Source of the DNA: Bugula neritina
Taxonomy: Eukaryota > Animalia > Bryozoa
Direction of reading: 5' to 3'
Assembly (NCBI GenBank): GCA_964035545.1
Contig: OZ037767.1
Coordinates: forward strand, 28,226,628 to 28,290,627
DNA: 64,000 nucleotides
Part shown: in pieces, positions 12,001 through 23,600 of the stretch
How the letters are laid out: every line of letters begins with the position of its first letter
Position numbering within the stretch: the stretch's first letter is position 1
Notes under the pieces: generated by a model
The model's database searches: none
Told to the model about the DNA's origin: nothing
What the model saw: the letters and a program-made list of their open reading frames with translations, nothing else
Translations under genes and position numbers: made by a program

Positions 12001-15000
12001 TAAACGAAAATCCAAGAATTCGAAAATTTTAAACCTTTATGAAGTTTCAATTTAGTCTCTAGTATCAAAGTATGTCAAGAAATAATTTGAAAAATTAATA
12101 AAATCAATAAGGCATTATTAACTCAGTGAATTGAGCGAAATTTATAATGTTATAATAGAAAAACGTCAAATTCATGTTTTAACAAAGCTTTATCAAGGAT
12201 TAAGGTTGCACTTATACTGTGTTGTACTTTTCCCTCAGAAGGATGAAAGAATTGAACCAAATAAAACATTGCCTTAATTATATTTATTTTTGATTGTAGC
12301 TATGTTAGAAACTATAAAGTAGCCAGGAGCATTTAATAAAAAAAAGTATATAGCCAACTTTTGTATTGTTTCAACACATTAATATATAATAAAAGAATAG
12401 CCAGCTCTTGTATTCCAACAATCTGCTTGCAGTTGCATTCATCACATTACCATAGTCTGAATTTGATAATATCATTCAACCAATAGGAAAACTTCCACTT
12501 AATTAAAATCTTAATTTTCTTCCAGCTGGAACTGATATTTCAGTTAGCCTAACATAACCAGGAGGCCATTTAAACTATGGAAACAGTGATTGAGAGATTT
12601 AGTTCTAATAAGCTTACAATGTGTGTTATATGGTTTACCAAATTCAACATATTAGTTATTAAATTAACAATGATTCACCTTCACCCTCTTTGCTGGTATA
12701 GTTGATATAGCTCTCCTTGGTAACATACATGTATTCATCTTCAGGGTAAGGGTACAGTGGATAGATGCTAACATCCGGGTATTTCATTCTCATTCTCTTC
12801 AGCAAATACCGAATGTCTGAAAATGCACAAAATTGATGAATGTCAAAAGAAACTATCACAGCCAGACACACTTTATCTGTAGCAACATTTCTTTAGGATT
12901 ATAAACATATGAAATCTTTTTCCAAAATATTTCCTAAACTTTTAGAATAGTGATGACTACAAAGTAGGTATTTAGGTGCAGTAGAAGAGAAATTTGATTA
13001 GCCTAAGTTTTTTAATTGCTCAATAAATGTTGGTTTGAGGGTATACTGAACTCTCACAAGATTGTAAGGTCTTTTGGTACACTTCCAATATAGAACGCAA
13101 TTTCTCCATTACTGCACCTACCCCAAAGTAGAATACCGGGTCTTAAATGCTAAAATAAATAAAGCAGATCAAATGCTTTACAAATTTACTAACCTGTAAA
13201 TATAATATTCTGCCTATTGAATATACATTACTAAAGAGTTTTGTTGAAGGTAAACATTAGCTGAATATTTAGCTTCACATAATGAAATTGAAGAAAGCAC
13301 AAACAACATGCCAGAAATATAAGAAAACAAAACATGATCCAGAAGATAAGAATAATTGTTACAGTACATGCAATGCACAGTTCTAACCTCCTCTCGAAGC
13401 ATTTGGGAAAGAAAACAAGATGCAGCTCCCCTCTACTATTTTCTGGTTCCGTAGTTTATCTTTGGTTGGCGAGTGAGCTTCCTTAAACATAGCAATCAGC
13501 TGCTTGCAGAATTCCTTCTCATTCACACCACTACCGGTGAATACGATAACAACACAGCTCTCACACACCTCCTCAAACTCCAAATCAAAGTTCAAGAATT
13601 GGTTTTGAGGTTCACAGATAAACTGCACAAGGTCATCGTAATCTGTAAAAATATAGGCACTGCTATAAACCATCCGCTGCCAGAAAAAGTATGATATGCT
13701 GCCAGAAAGAGTATGGTATGCTGCCAGAAAGAGTATGGTATACTGTAAGTGATGACATGGTATGCTGTGACAGTATGATAACATGCAAATAACGATGCAA
13801 TACACTGTAAGTGACAATATGATATATTATAAATAACAATATAACATTCTGTAAGTGACCAAATGATCTACTGTGGCGATATGATATACTGTAAGGGACA
13901 TGATATGCTATAAGTGATATGATATACCGTAAGTAACAATATGATATACTGTAAATAGAAACATGATATACTGTGGCGATATAATATACTGTAGGTGACA
14001 TGATATACTGTAAGTGATGATAGAATATACTATAAAGTATAAGTAATGACATGATACACTGTAAGTGAAGACATGAGACTAAAATACTTTATAAATTTTA
14101 AATCAAATCAAATGCAGACATGTAAGCCACTTGAGAAGATATTCTTTACCTATGTTTCTATCAAACACAGCTACAGCCGACTTCTTGTCATGTGACAGCA
14201 CCAAGTCTGTCACGCGACACTGACTGTTTGTGCAGTACTCTAAAAAGTTCTTCAGAGCCAGAGGGTCATAACTGCTGTCTTCACCGGTAACATCAATTCC
14301 AAGACATCTAACATCTACTTTGGTTTTTGGCGCTGGAGTTGTATCACTCAATAACTCCTCAATCAGTTGCCATCGATGATCAATGTCAATGGCCAAACCT
14401 AGAAGTTGCCAAATAGTTGCTAGACATTCATGTTACGATTCATTGACTGCTAACATTTGAATAAATAGTTTTAAAAAAGTATTTATACATGTAGCAAGCT
14501 TCTACATGTGGTTGTACCAATTCGCTAACCTTAATGTTCATTTCTATTTGCCCAGCACACCTGGATTTAACTGCCACTCATAATACAGATAATATTAATG
14601 TAATCACAGTCAAAAAACACGATTCATTAGTACTAGACTCAACAAAATCGTGCTCAAAACATTTTCGGAAAATTTCTGGGCCAGATTGCATGCCTTTACA
14701 TTGAATTCTCCCAACTTACAGTACCTGATACTTCTCCACCCTTATTGGAAGAGGAACTGTAGTTTTGTGTTTTAGCCAACTTATCACGACTTCTAGCTTC
14801 TCTTTCTCTTCTTGATGAATTAGCAGAAGAAGGTATAGTTACAGTATCCTTGTTGGAATTGGTTTTATACAGTTGAGCTGCAATTTGATTTATACTTTGT
14901 GTATTTTTTTTATTTTCCACTTGATTTTTCTCAGGAATTTTCTTTTCCTTTTGGGTTGGTAAGAAAGATGACTGTTTGGTGACTTCTTCGTAAGATGGAG

Positions 15001-15664
15001 GCAGGTCCGGTTGACTTGCTCCTGAAGCCTCATTAGAAGATGCCTAAACCAAAACCGAAAAAATAAAAACAGAATCTATAATATTTTATAGCAAATTTGA
15101 TACCACAGCAAAAAATTAACACTAGTACTTGACTACACAAAGTCACAAAACTCCATGCTGCTGTGTATTCACTACAAGGCCAGCTATACATATATTATAC
15201 ATTTATATACTATTCTACCAAAACCAAAATAATTCTGTCACAATTACCATTTTAGGTATCACTTTGGGCTGTTGTGGCTGTGGAACTAGTGCTCTGGGAC
15301 CTGGAGGAGACTGAAAAAGTGGGCGGTGGGTTATACTTGATGGTGTGAATTGGGTTTGGCGTTGAATCAAAGGGTCGGGGAGAAGGGGTGGTACTTGTGG
15401 TGGAACAGGAAACATTGGTGCAGGGGCGTAGTGTGGAGCGGCGTAGTGTGGAGGGGGATAGTAGGAAGAGGATGGTGGGCAACAGCTCGGGGGATACTGT
15501 TGCGTATTTGGCATAGCACCAGGATATGGTAGATAGTTGAGTTGATAAAAAGGCTCAGGGTGTGAAGGTATTAGGTTTCTGTTTTGTTGCCAGCTGTTAG
15601 GGGTGGGGGTAGATCGCCCCGACTGTGGTCGCCGAGCAGGAGAGTTTTCCCTTCTAAAGCTCAT
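1..15664 (-). CDS. PARP14/PARP9-like RRM-KH protein, paralogue A (multi-exon, 3' end outside window, five internal exons missing)
   Basis: Exons 15664-15248, 15043-14725, 14398-14150, 13642-13388, 12816-12679, 11477-11298, 3760-3655, 3494-3270, 2803-2631, 1026-920, 257-<1. All have GT-AG ends, compatible phases and no stops, and each matches an exon of copy B (e.g. LKNFLEYCTNSQCRVTDLVLSHDKKSAVAVFD, MELWEKTTKQNIEMYM). Family call is from motif resemblance only. Confidence 0.75.
1253..2552. mobile_element. Non-autonomous Tc1/mariner (pogo-like) DNA transposon in an intron of copy A
   Basis: Imperfect terminal inverted repeats (GGGGCACAACGG ... CCGTTGTGCCCC), TA on both flanks (1251-1252, 2553-2554), internal GGGGCACAATGGGCCA copies (~1617, ~2355). 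Absent from the homologous short intron of copy B (~24080-24433). No transposase ORF. Confidence 0.7.
4241..4805 (+). repeat. 5' LTR (565 bp)
   Basis: Starts TGTAATGG and ends TTTACTACA. TATAAAA at ~4627, AATAAA at ~4713, immediately followed by the PBS. Confidence 0.92.
4807..4825 (+). promoter_or_regulatory. Primer-binding site complementary to the 3' end of tRNA-Leu (AAG/TAG type)
   Basis: TGGTGGCAGCGGTGGGATT is the reverse complement of AATCCCACCGCTGCCA-CCA, the 3' end of metazoan tRNA-Leu(AAG/TAG). Confidence 0.88.
4856..5761 (+). CDS. gag: Gag (capsid-like region plus CCHC zinc knuckle)
   Basis: 301-aa ORF with PPNFGGEGDVEQFIREF capsid-like start and CWGCGAQGHVRRHC (CX2CX4HX4C). Confidence 0.93.
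   Translation: MAPGDSAPEAATPPALTVEALVTALQGLRGQGQASPGDRYRLQPPNFGGEGDVEQFIREFQDVATIAEWPVRVRILQLRACLTGRAKSFALGPDEEHIMRALRARFGLTAEEAADRLQIMRRDRKTPLEDHANEVERLAQAAFGQATGDDRKRLVYNAFFRSVNHPDLQRYWLAAKVISIEEALEMGKAYFQVEEPRRPSYTARQVVEEHEETTPLPTPQVAAAATESPEQTQLTMLMDMMKGLQATVTKLQSEQADRRAPRSRDNPVRPSLLTCWGCGAQGHVRRHCPRGQGPLNTQGSR
5737..5780 (+). promoter_or_regulatory. Programmed -1 ribosomal frameshift signal (gag-pol)
   Basis: T TTA AAC heptamer in gag frame (5737-5743), 6-nt spacer, stem GGCTCACGGT/ACCGTGGGCC (5750-5780). The -1 frame is open from here into pol. Confidence 0.85.
5737..10733 (+). CDS. pol: Pol polyprotein (protease, RT, RNase H, integrase) split by a 1-bp frameshift near 9105
   Basis: LLDTG protease; YLDD RT; DTDAS...ELLAV...TDH RNase H; HHCC zinc finger; DLVG / HTDQG / VER catalytic triad spread over ORFs 5908-9222 and 8964-10733; GPY motif; long Pro/Glu-rich tail. 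Confidence 0.95.
10911..10977 (+). repeat. Polypurine tract and truncated 3' LTR
   Basis: GGGGGGGAGAA (10911-10921), then 10922-10976 identical to 4241-4295, then host sequence homologous to ~28334. Confidence 0.92.
13680..14070. repeat. Degenerate intronic minisatellite (GATATACTGTAAGTGACAT-like)
   Basis: Recurring atatactgtaagtga units; a shorter version lies in the homologous intron of copy B (~31150-31360). Confidence 0.7.
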
Positions 15665-16467
15665 TGTCAGCTTTTCTGAAACTCACTGCAACATCAACTG
15701 TAAAATACATACAATTTTTATGAAATTTTGATTATTGGCTTCAAAAATAAATGAAAAGATGTTACACCCGTACAAATGTATGTAGCCTATATAATAAACC
15801 ATGTATGAATTCACAAGATGCATGTCTAAAACATCTGAATCTGCATTTACTTTCAGTCATGATGACAGTATTCAAAAAGTTCACTGAGTTTATTAAACTC
15901 AAAAATCCGCAATGTGTGCAGGTATGCGTATGCAATATATATATGTGTATGTGTGCACACGCACGAACGCACAGATGTCTAAAATATAATTGCATGTACA
16001 CTTTGCGTTGTATTAGATACTTAGAATATCTGAAAACCCTTAAGACCCAATTTAACAAATACAATGCCTCTTTACATTCTAGGAGAGCTTTAAAATAGCA
16101 TAGCCAGTGAACCCCACCTCCCAGCTATCCAGATAGGCTACATGCTCAATGGCAAGTAAGTTTAACCACTCTCCTAAACTAACACAAATTAGTTTCAAAA
16201 CATTGTACTGGCTATATATATATAGTTGGAAAATATTAAGGAAAGCGAAACCATACAACACAATTACCAAAAGATGTAATTTATGCCTATAGGAATGTTT
16301 TTTTATTTTATACAAACCTAACATGTGTACTTTAAACAAACTCTTATCAACCTGCCGACACTCAAAAAAATTCTTACTGTGCAACCACAAAACCTAGAAA
16401 CTCTGTAGCCTATTTATATTTTAGGTACTATAAAATTAAGTACTTGGTACACTTTGAAAAATAAATT

Positions 16468-16540
16468 TGACCCCAGTGGGAATCGAACTCGAGATCCCCG
16501 GCTTGCACGCAAGTGTGCTAACCATTTCACCACTAGGACC
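16468..16540 (-). mobile_element. tRNA-derived SINE head or tRNA pseudogene
   Basis: Minus strand GGTCCTAGTGGTGAAATGGTTAGCAC...GAGTTCGATTCCCACTGGGGTCA has Pol III A-box and B-box and a weak acceptor stem, but no canonical 7-nt anticodon loop. Confidence 0.65.
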
Positions 16541-17599
16541 ACCGGGTTAAGTCAACGCTACTGGTATATCTCTTTACAATCATCAAACTCGTCGTGTTCA
16601 TGATAAAGTTTTGGGCTAAGTACGTTATGCCCAGCATCATCCTCAAGATAATCATGATAATCGCCGTACTAATATGATCATCATTCTCATGATGAAGAAA
16701 AATTACGATTATAATATCAAAATAAATGTGATTTGAAATACTGAAATTAAATGATTTCAAATATTAATATGAGCATTAGCTGATATGTATTATTATTACT
16801 ATTATTATAGCTCAACACAATCATGATGCCAATCACCGAGTCTGATGATCAGTGAAAGTTAAATTTAATGTCATGATGATGATGGTGATGGTGATGATAA
16901 TCATAATGGTGACTGTGATGGTGATGATGATAATGATCATCATCATAATGCATCACAAAATTGAAAGTCAAAGTGAAAGTAGAGTCACTTTCATTTTAAT
17001 GGCCTTAATTTATTAATTTTGAATAATTGTTATTATAACATTATGATTATGTGTTTATATTGTTTGTAATAACGTAACTATGGAATTACGAGAAACTACG
17101 GGACTCAACATGTCAGAAATGGGATGTGCTATTAGAAACTACCGCTCCCGTCATTCCTCTGATTTCTGCATTACTTCGAAGTCCTACTGACGCTATTCTA
17201 TACCGCCAAGCTAATCCTTCCTTTAGTTATTATTGTTGTATGGTAGTTTTAACTTGATTAGTTGTCTTACCTTGCTATTTTTTACAGAGAGCACAACTCT
17301 ATTTAAGTAAATATAGCTTTAGTAATACAAAATGTATTATAGTGTATGTGTGGCCTGCGTGATAAATAGAATAATATCTAAGTATAAAAGAAAGTGTGTG
17401 TGAATAGAGTAGAGAGTCTGTAGATACAGAGATTGTGTGAATACGAAGCTTTAGGATATATAGAACTTGTGTGTACACCAAAATATTTGTAGAGTTGATC
17501 AGCTGTCAATCTCAGTTCTTTGAATATTTTAAAGAGTTGGCAGACTTGATCGTGCGCATGAGATAATAATAATAATACTAAAGTCCAACCAGTGGTTCG

Positions 17600-18270
17600 T
17601 CATTCCAGGCGAGTTCCCCCAACTAAACAAAAACAATATGGTTTAACCCATCATTCACTAAAATCATCACCACCAACATCGGCCAAACATTCTTTGATAT
17701 CTTAGACGCCATGTTTTCACCTGGACATAAGCTACATTGAATATTCAACCGCAAATCAGTCAAGTTGAGCTACAGCTGTTGCCCTAGCGTACACAATATA
17801 ATTATTAATCAAAGCAATATAATGCTCAAACCATCCATACCATCAAACACCAGAAACTGTAACTGTGGGTACTCTACAAAATTCCCTCTAAGCAAAAAAT
17901 GTCTATCTGTAAGTGTTATATACAAGCCACAGCATATTATACCACCAACAATAGTAAAACATTACTGCCGTATGTTGGCCTCACATCAACAACTTTCAAA
18001 CTGAGATGCTACAAGCATCTATCATCTTTCAAGATAGCTCACAAAACCACTGCACGGAGCTGCCCAAATACATCTGGCGCTTAAAAGATGAATTAAAGCA
18101 TCAGCTTCACAATTAAATGGCATCTCATGAAAGATGTACCCTAGTTGAGTCAAATGTTCAAGCAATGTAGCTCATTTACCCGCCCCCAAAAAAACCCTTT
18201 TTCTTGCTTTTAGACCAAAACTAGCTACCCTATTAATAATTGAAACGGTCTTGTACCCAAACGCATACAT
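17600..18270 (+). mobile_element. Degenerate Penelope-like retroelement fragment (RT linker plus GIY-YIG endonuclease)
   Basis: Broken frames give WFNPSFTKIITTNIGQTFFDILD...HKLH*IFNRKSVKLSYSCCPS, CNC...PL...CL, YIQA...YVGLTSTTFKLRCYKHLSSF, IWRLK, FTIKW, which are typical motifs of this element class. Stops and frameshifts present. Confidence 0.85.
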
Positions 18271-18432
18271 AGAAAGTATAAGCAATTATATACTTGGTAG
18301 TATCACATAGCTTCTTTTAATCCCATCTAATACGTCAGCAGCTTTGGCTTTTTTGTTTATGTAGTGGAATTATAGCAATTTGCAGCTAAGAATTTTACCT
18401 GAATAAATCTGATTGGTGTTTTAAAAATATCC

Positions 18433-18436
<4 letters not shown>

Positions 18437-18496
<60 letters not shown>
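18437..18496. repeat. (TA)n microsatellite
   Basis: About 30 TA units. Confidence 0.97.
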
Positions 18497-18500
<4 letters not shown>

Positions 18501-20610
18501 CAGAGCCCACGCCTCAGCAATAATAGAAACTTATGTTTCTATTAAAGCACATTTAAAAGGTGTGCGTGTAAAAGCTACAGAAAAGCTATCCAGCACGGAT
18601 CACTCTATTTGTGCTATCAAGCTGTCTATGCATTTGCCCAAAGTTCTTATCTGAAAGTGATTTCATGCAAGTATATACCCAGATAGGGTTCAAACTAGTA
18701 AAACAAATAGAAAAGCACTCACTATTTGCAAGAAGACTCAATAACATTAATCTGGAAAACCTAGTCTAAAGAATTACCTATGTAAAATTGTTTTACATAC
18801 CGTATGTTTTTGTTCTTATGCAAGTTGCAACTGGTATTGAATTTTAGTGTTATTGTATTTAAATAGGTTAGGTAATACACTTGGAAGAGTTGATATCAGC
18901 AGTATTATTAGCATGTAAATCAAGAGATTTCACTTTCCTTCAATACATTTTTATTTTAGAACACTTCATACTTTGAAAAAAAGAAGTATGGTCACGATAG
19001 TTTGCTGCTACAGAGAACAAACAAAAAAGGGGACAAACTGCACCCTGACAAAGGCCCAATTTAAAACAACACAAACTGCCATAGTTTTCTAGAAAAAAAA
19101 TATAAAGAATTTTAAAATATAACTTACAACATGGATCAATACTCAAATAAAGATGAGAAAAAATATTAATACAGTATTTTTAACCACAAAACAAAAGAAG
19201 ATAAGTTATAGTAAAAATACAATGAACAAGTAAAATTATGCTTCCAGTGTCATATTTGAACCACAGTTTTTTTTAGCCAAAACCACATCCCACTTTATGT
19301 AGTGCCACACTTGCATTCAGCCAATTAGATTATAGAATAATTTTCTTTTTTTATTTTTCTGACTTTAGAACACACTTGCGAATATGCTAACAATGTGTCA
19401 AATTAGGAAGGATTTTTCCAATCATAAATCTTGTCAAAATGTATGCCAGTCAGCCAACACCCTAAATGGATGAACCAACAAAAAGCAATGATGACACACC
19501 ATGTCAAATAGCAGACATCAATGGCTGTTTAGTGCAGCATCTCCATTGAGTCTTAAGCTATTAAGGACCAGCTTCATCTCTACAAGCACTAGCAACTGGT
19601 GCTACATGTCACACAACACTCCTATCCTGTTATAAGTCATGTAAGCATAAAACGCCAGCGACACTACAATATTTAACACCACATAGAGCAGCCAGTAGTG
19701 TACCAACCCAGACTCTTGCCTGACAAAATACTCGATTCTGCAAGCCAAGGTATCAACACTATATTCTATAGTTAACCAGTTCAACTCTGTTAAGAAGCAC
19801 AATAGCCATTGTTCAATCAACAGCTGAAACCTGGTGAACCAGAGTACAGGTAACTAAAGAAGCAGCAAGGTTAGCAGCCTCTCAGTGAAATGTGCCACTA
19901 ATGATAACCAACCAGAAGTCCACAAGTTACTGACTATTTAGAAGGCACATGGATCTCCTAAAAAACTCTTGTAAACGTCAAAAGCATTTGATTGCAGATA
20001 CAGTTGGACTTTAAAAAAGTGCCAACGATTTGACACAGTTCAAGAGTCTAGAGAGAACTAGAATTAGCAGTTGGTGCTTGGTGTTTACTACTCACAGTAG
20101 AAACACATCAAAACTGTTAATAGAGATATTTTGTTACTCAGGGGCCAAACTTTTCAAACATTCTGGCAACTCTGTTTATACAAAGCACTTGCTGAATTAC
20201 AAAGCCTATACCTGGTAATATGTACATCTTAAATCTTCAAGACACAAACTGGCAATGGTTAATATCATCACACAGTAAATGTGAGACATCAAACTATATA
20301 CTTGTGCATGTTATCACAAATGAAGGTTATATAGCTACATACGTTTTATAGCTTTTATACCTTGTAAATAAAACACTGCAGTTACATCAAAAGAGCTCCA
20401 TTTTGTTACAGTTTCTATGTAAGCCAATAGAAAACTCTCTAGCATAGCTGTCTAGGCTGAGAAGGATTTTTACTCTTCAACAAAATAAAGAAAATGAAAA
20501 GGTTTGATAGCTTGCGAGTGAAGTACAAAAAGTAATAGAATACTGTAGTTGTATATCCAAGTAGTTTTAGTGCAACACACACAGAGCCCAAGTTCCGTAA
20601 AGATTTAGCT

Positions 20611-23600
20611 TTAGTTCAAAATCGAAGAACACGCTTTAAGGAACTCTTCTCCATCACGCTTCGTATATGAACAGACAGACAAAATCTTCTTTCCAACAGC
20701 TGTAAGAACACCATTCCATACATTATATACTGCTGGGGAACAGACATAAAATAAACTCATTCAACTGCAACTTCTAACCTATTTCAACTGTTGAACAGCC
20801 TTCTAACTAATTAAACAACATGGCTCAAACTTTAAAGCTAAAGAGGACTATTAAAATGGTAGTTCAACAAACTTCATTGATAATGCTAATTTGAGATAAA
20901 CTGTATGGTGCAAGACCCCCTCGTGGCCTTTTTTCTTTACATATTTGTAATCAGCACATTAATTTATCCCATATGGGAAATCTCCATGTATTTTGAACCA
21001 ACTATAATTTTTTGTCGTAATTTGCTGATGACCAATTAAAGTAAAATGACACATTTTTGAAAAAATATACCAGATAACACCAGAAATTGAATAATAAAAA
21101 ATTTACCTGGGCGTTTACTCTCTTTGAAATCCACCCCATTGCCATATGACTTCATCTTGTTGGTGAAGATTTTAGTCTTGTGCTGGTTAGTCTCACAGAT
21201 ATAGACAGTCTTTAATTCTGTCTTCTCAAGATCAGCCACACATTGGAGTATGATTTCAGCTGACTGCTCTTTGGTAACAAAGCCCCTCCTAGACACCACA
21301 ACAAAGGTTAGCAGTCACTGAGAGTGGTGTATATCTGTTCTAGGATACGGCCTTACCATACATTACTTCGCCTCATGCGAACGGATATTCGTAAGAATGA
21401 ATTTGAGATTGTGGATAGCATGAAATTATTATTGTGGTTTCATTTGATGCAACTGTTTCCAAACATCGAATGAAAAATCCATCCACATGATGCGGATCTG
21501 GGAAACGTAGTGATATACTAAGTCATGCAAGCATATACTATGTCATATACAAGTCATACAAACATATGCAAAATCATACACTCAGTCATACAAACATATA
21601 CCAGGTCATACACTCAGTTATACAGACATATACCAAATCATATACAAGTTCTATTCTTACATATCACTGCCGATGAGATTAGTTACAATGCTGGTCAGGC
21701 CCAACTCACTAGCCCTTCGCAGAGCTCTTTTGAAGCCATTTCTCAATGAGCTCTGATCCTTGTCATCAACAACAATGACAATGTACATGTCATATAGTGT
21801 AGAGGATGAGCGACTTGTGACCTCTTGACAGGAACCAATCATGTCTAACTGGTCAGCCGTGTACCGCTGTCTCAAACTCTGAGCTGCCTGGTAGTCTGAA
21901 ATGATTTTAGTGAGTAGAGAAAACATCTGTGAGTGACAGTCACTTTTACCACATACTATATACAGACTGGTGAATAGTTAATATTTGGTTCCTTGAAGTA
22001 AAATTTACAATACCTGCTATAGCAAGCACGGTGCCAACACCTGAGTCCCGCATATGGAGTTGCTGAGTCACTGCTATGATCATTGCATCAGCTTTCACAC
22101 ATTGAATGGAATAGCAGCACGCTACCACATTGCACACACCAATCTTGTAATCATTGATCTTGTGGCATTCGTGAACATAAAATCTAACTTTGTGTCCTTC
22201 TGCAGCCACTTGAAAAAACTTTATATCCGCACCTAAAAATTTCCCATATTTGTAATGGCAGAAAAACTGCATTTTTAATTAGTTGCTGTTACTATCCTAT
22301 GTTCAGAAACTTTCAAGTTACTAAAAGGCACAAAAACACTAACAATATTCTACTTCTCTAGTCTTTTAGCTGCGTTTAATTTATAAATTACATCAAATTA
22401 GCATAGTATTCATGACATCCGGACATGCTAATGATAAACTATGAGCTCTGATAAGTGTTTGTCAAAAGATGACAACTCTCAACAGATCTGTATGATGGCC
22501 AATTTTAACCAATAAACAACATGTGACACTCACTCTCATCAGCAATAACCTTGGTGAACTTTTTCAAGTTTCTTATCATGTTGATGATAGCCTTCTTAGC
22601 ACTGCTAACATCCTCCTCAACTTCTGAACTGATGCTTATGACTTTCTCTTTATAGTTATACCTACAAACAAACAACAAAATAACCTCTAATCTAAGGAAC
22701 ATAAATTATATATGGCATTTCTGTGTTATAAAAGACCCACTACAATCCATCTTGTTCTATGAGCTGCCACTCATAGCCATTACACAACATAATTATATTG
22801 TAAACTATAAAAAGCAAAGTACATACTTCACATAAAAAAGCATCCATGATTAGAAATAGAGTATGGTGTCTAAGAACTTACTCAAACTTGCAGTTATCAA
22901 TGAAGTCATCAGTCAAGACGTCTTTCAAGAACCTTTGGCAGAACTGGAACTCGATATGCTGGTGATTGTGGGAGAGTCTGATCTGGCTACTGGCAGCAGG
23001 GTCACCGTGGCTGCTGCCGCTGTAGTTCCTGGTTCTACTAGAAAAGACGGAGCTGCCACCAACGCTGCTGCTACCAACACTGCTGCCACTGCCGTGCCTC
23101 ACTCTCATGTCAGAGGAACTGGATGACAGATCAAGCAGGTCTGTTCTGCTGCCACTATTCATGATTGGAGGTGTTGATGTTCTTACAGACATCAACTCCA
23201 CGGCACTCAAAGGAGTAACAGTCAGACCTGAGCCACCAGAATGAGTCTTTGGTCTTGTGCTGCCGTCTCCTCGAGCCGCTGACTCAGCATCTTCTTTAAG
23301 GGAGAGCATCTTGATCAAATCTTGCTGAGCCGGTTTAACAGAGACAACCTGCACCTGCAGATGTTGATAGAAGCTAGTTTACGGAACATAACATCTAACT
23401 GAAGCAGCCTATTGTAATAGTATTGAAAGAGTTCACAGCTTCTGTATGGTGCTACTATAAAGCCAAGTAAAGCTTTGATTCAAGAACTATTCTATAAATT
23501 CAAATTAATTCATTTCTACAGATTTTTTAATGTTCAACATAACAACAAAACAGATTAGCAGTGAAGAATAAAGAGCGAAATTCTAAAACTTAAAGCTTAT

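Noticed and set aside
16468-16540. Functional tRNA gene
   Set aside because: Anticodon arm is non-canonical and the acceptor stem has several G-U pairs; better explained as a SINE head or pseudogene.
16842-16860. CTGATGA...GAAA hammerhead-like words
   Set aside because: No stem II between the boxes and no supporting stems I or III.
17738-17741. In-frame TGA in the Penelope-like fragment as possible selenocysteine recoding
   Set aside because: It falls at a position that is normally not Cys, and the fragment has other frameshifts; simple decay.
18500-20600. Searched for WWE or PARP catalytic exons downstream of copy B
   Set aside because: No H-Y-E type motifs (e.g. LFHGT, YGxGxYF) were found by eye, and the preceding exon ends in a stop.
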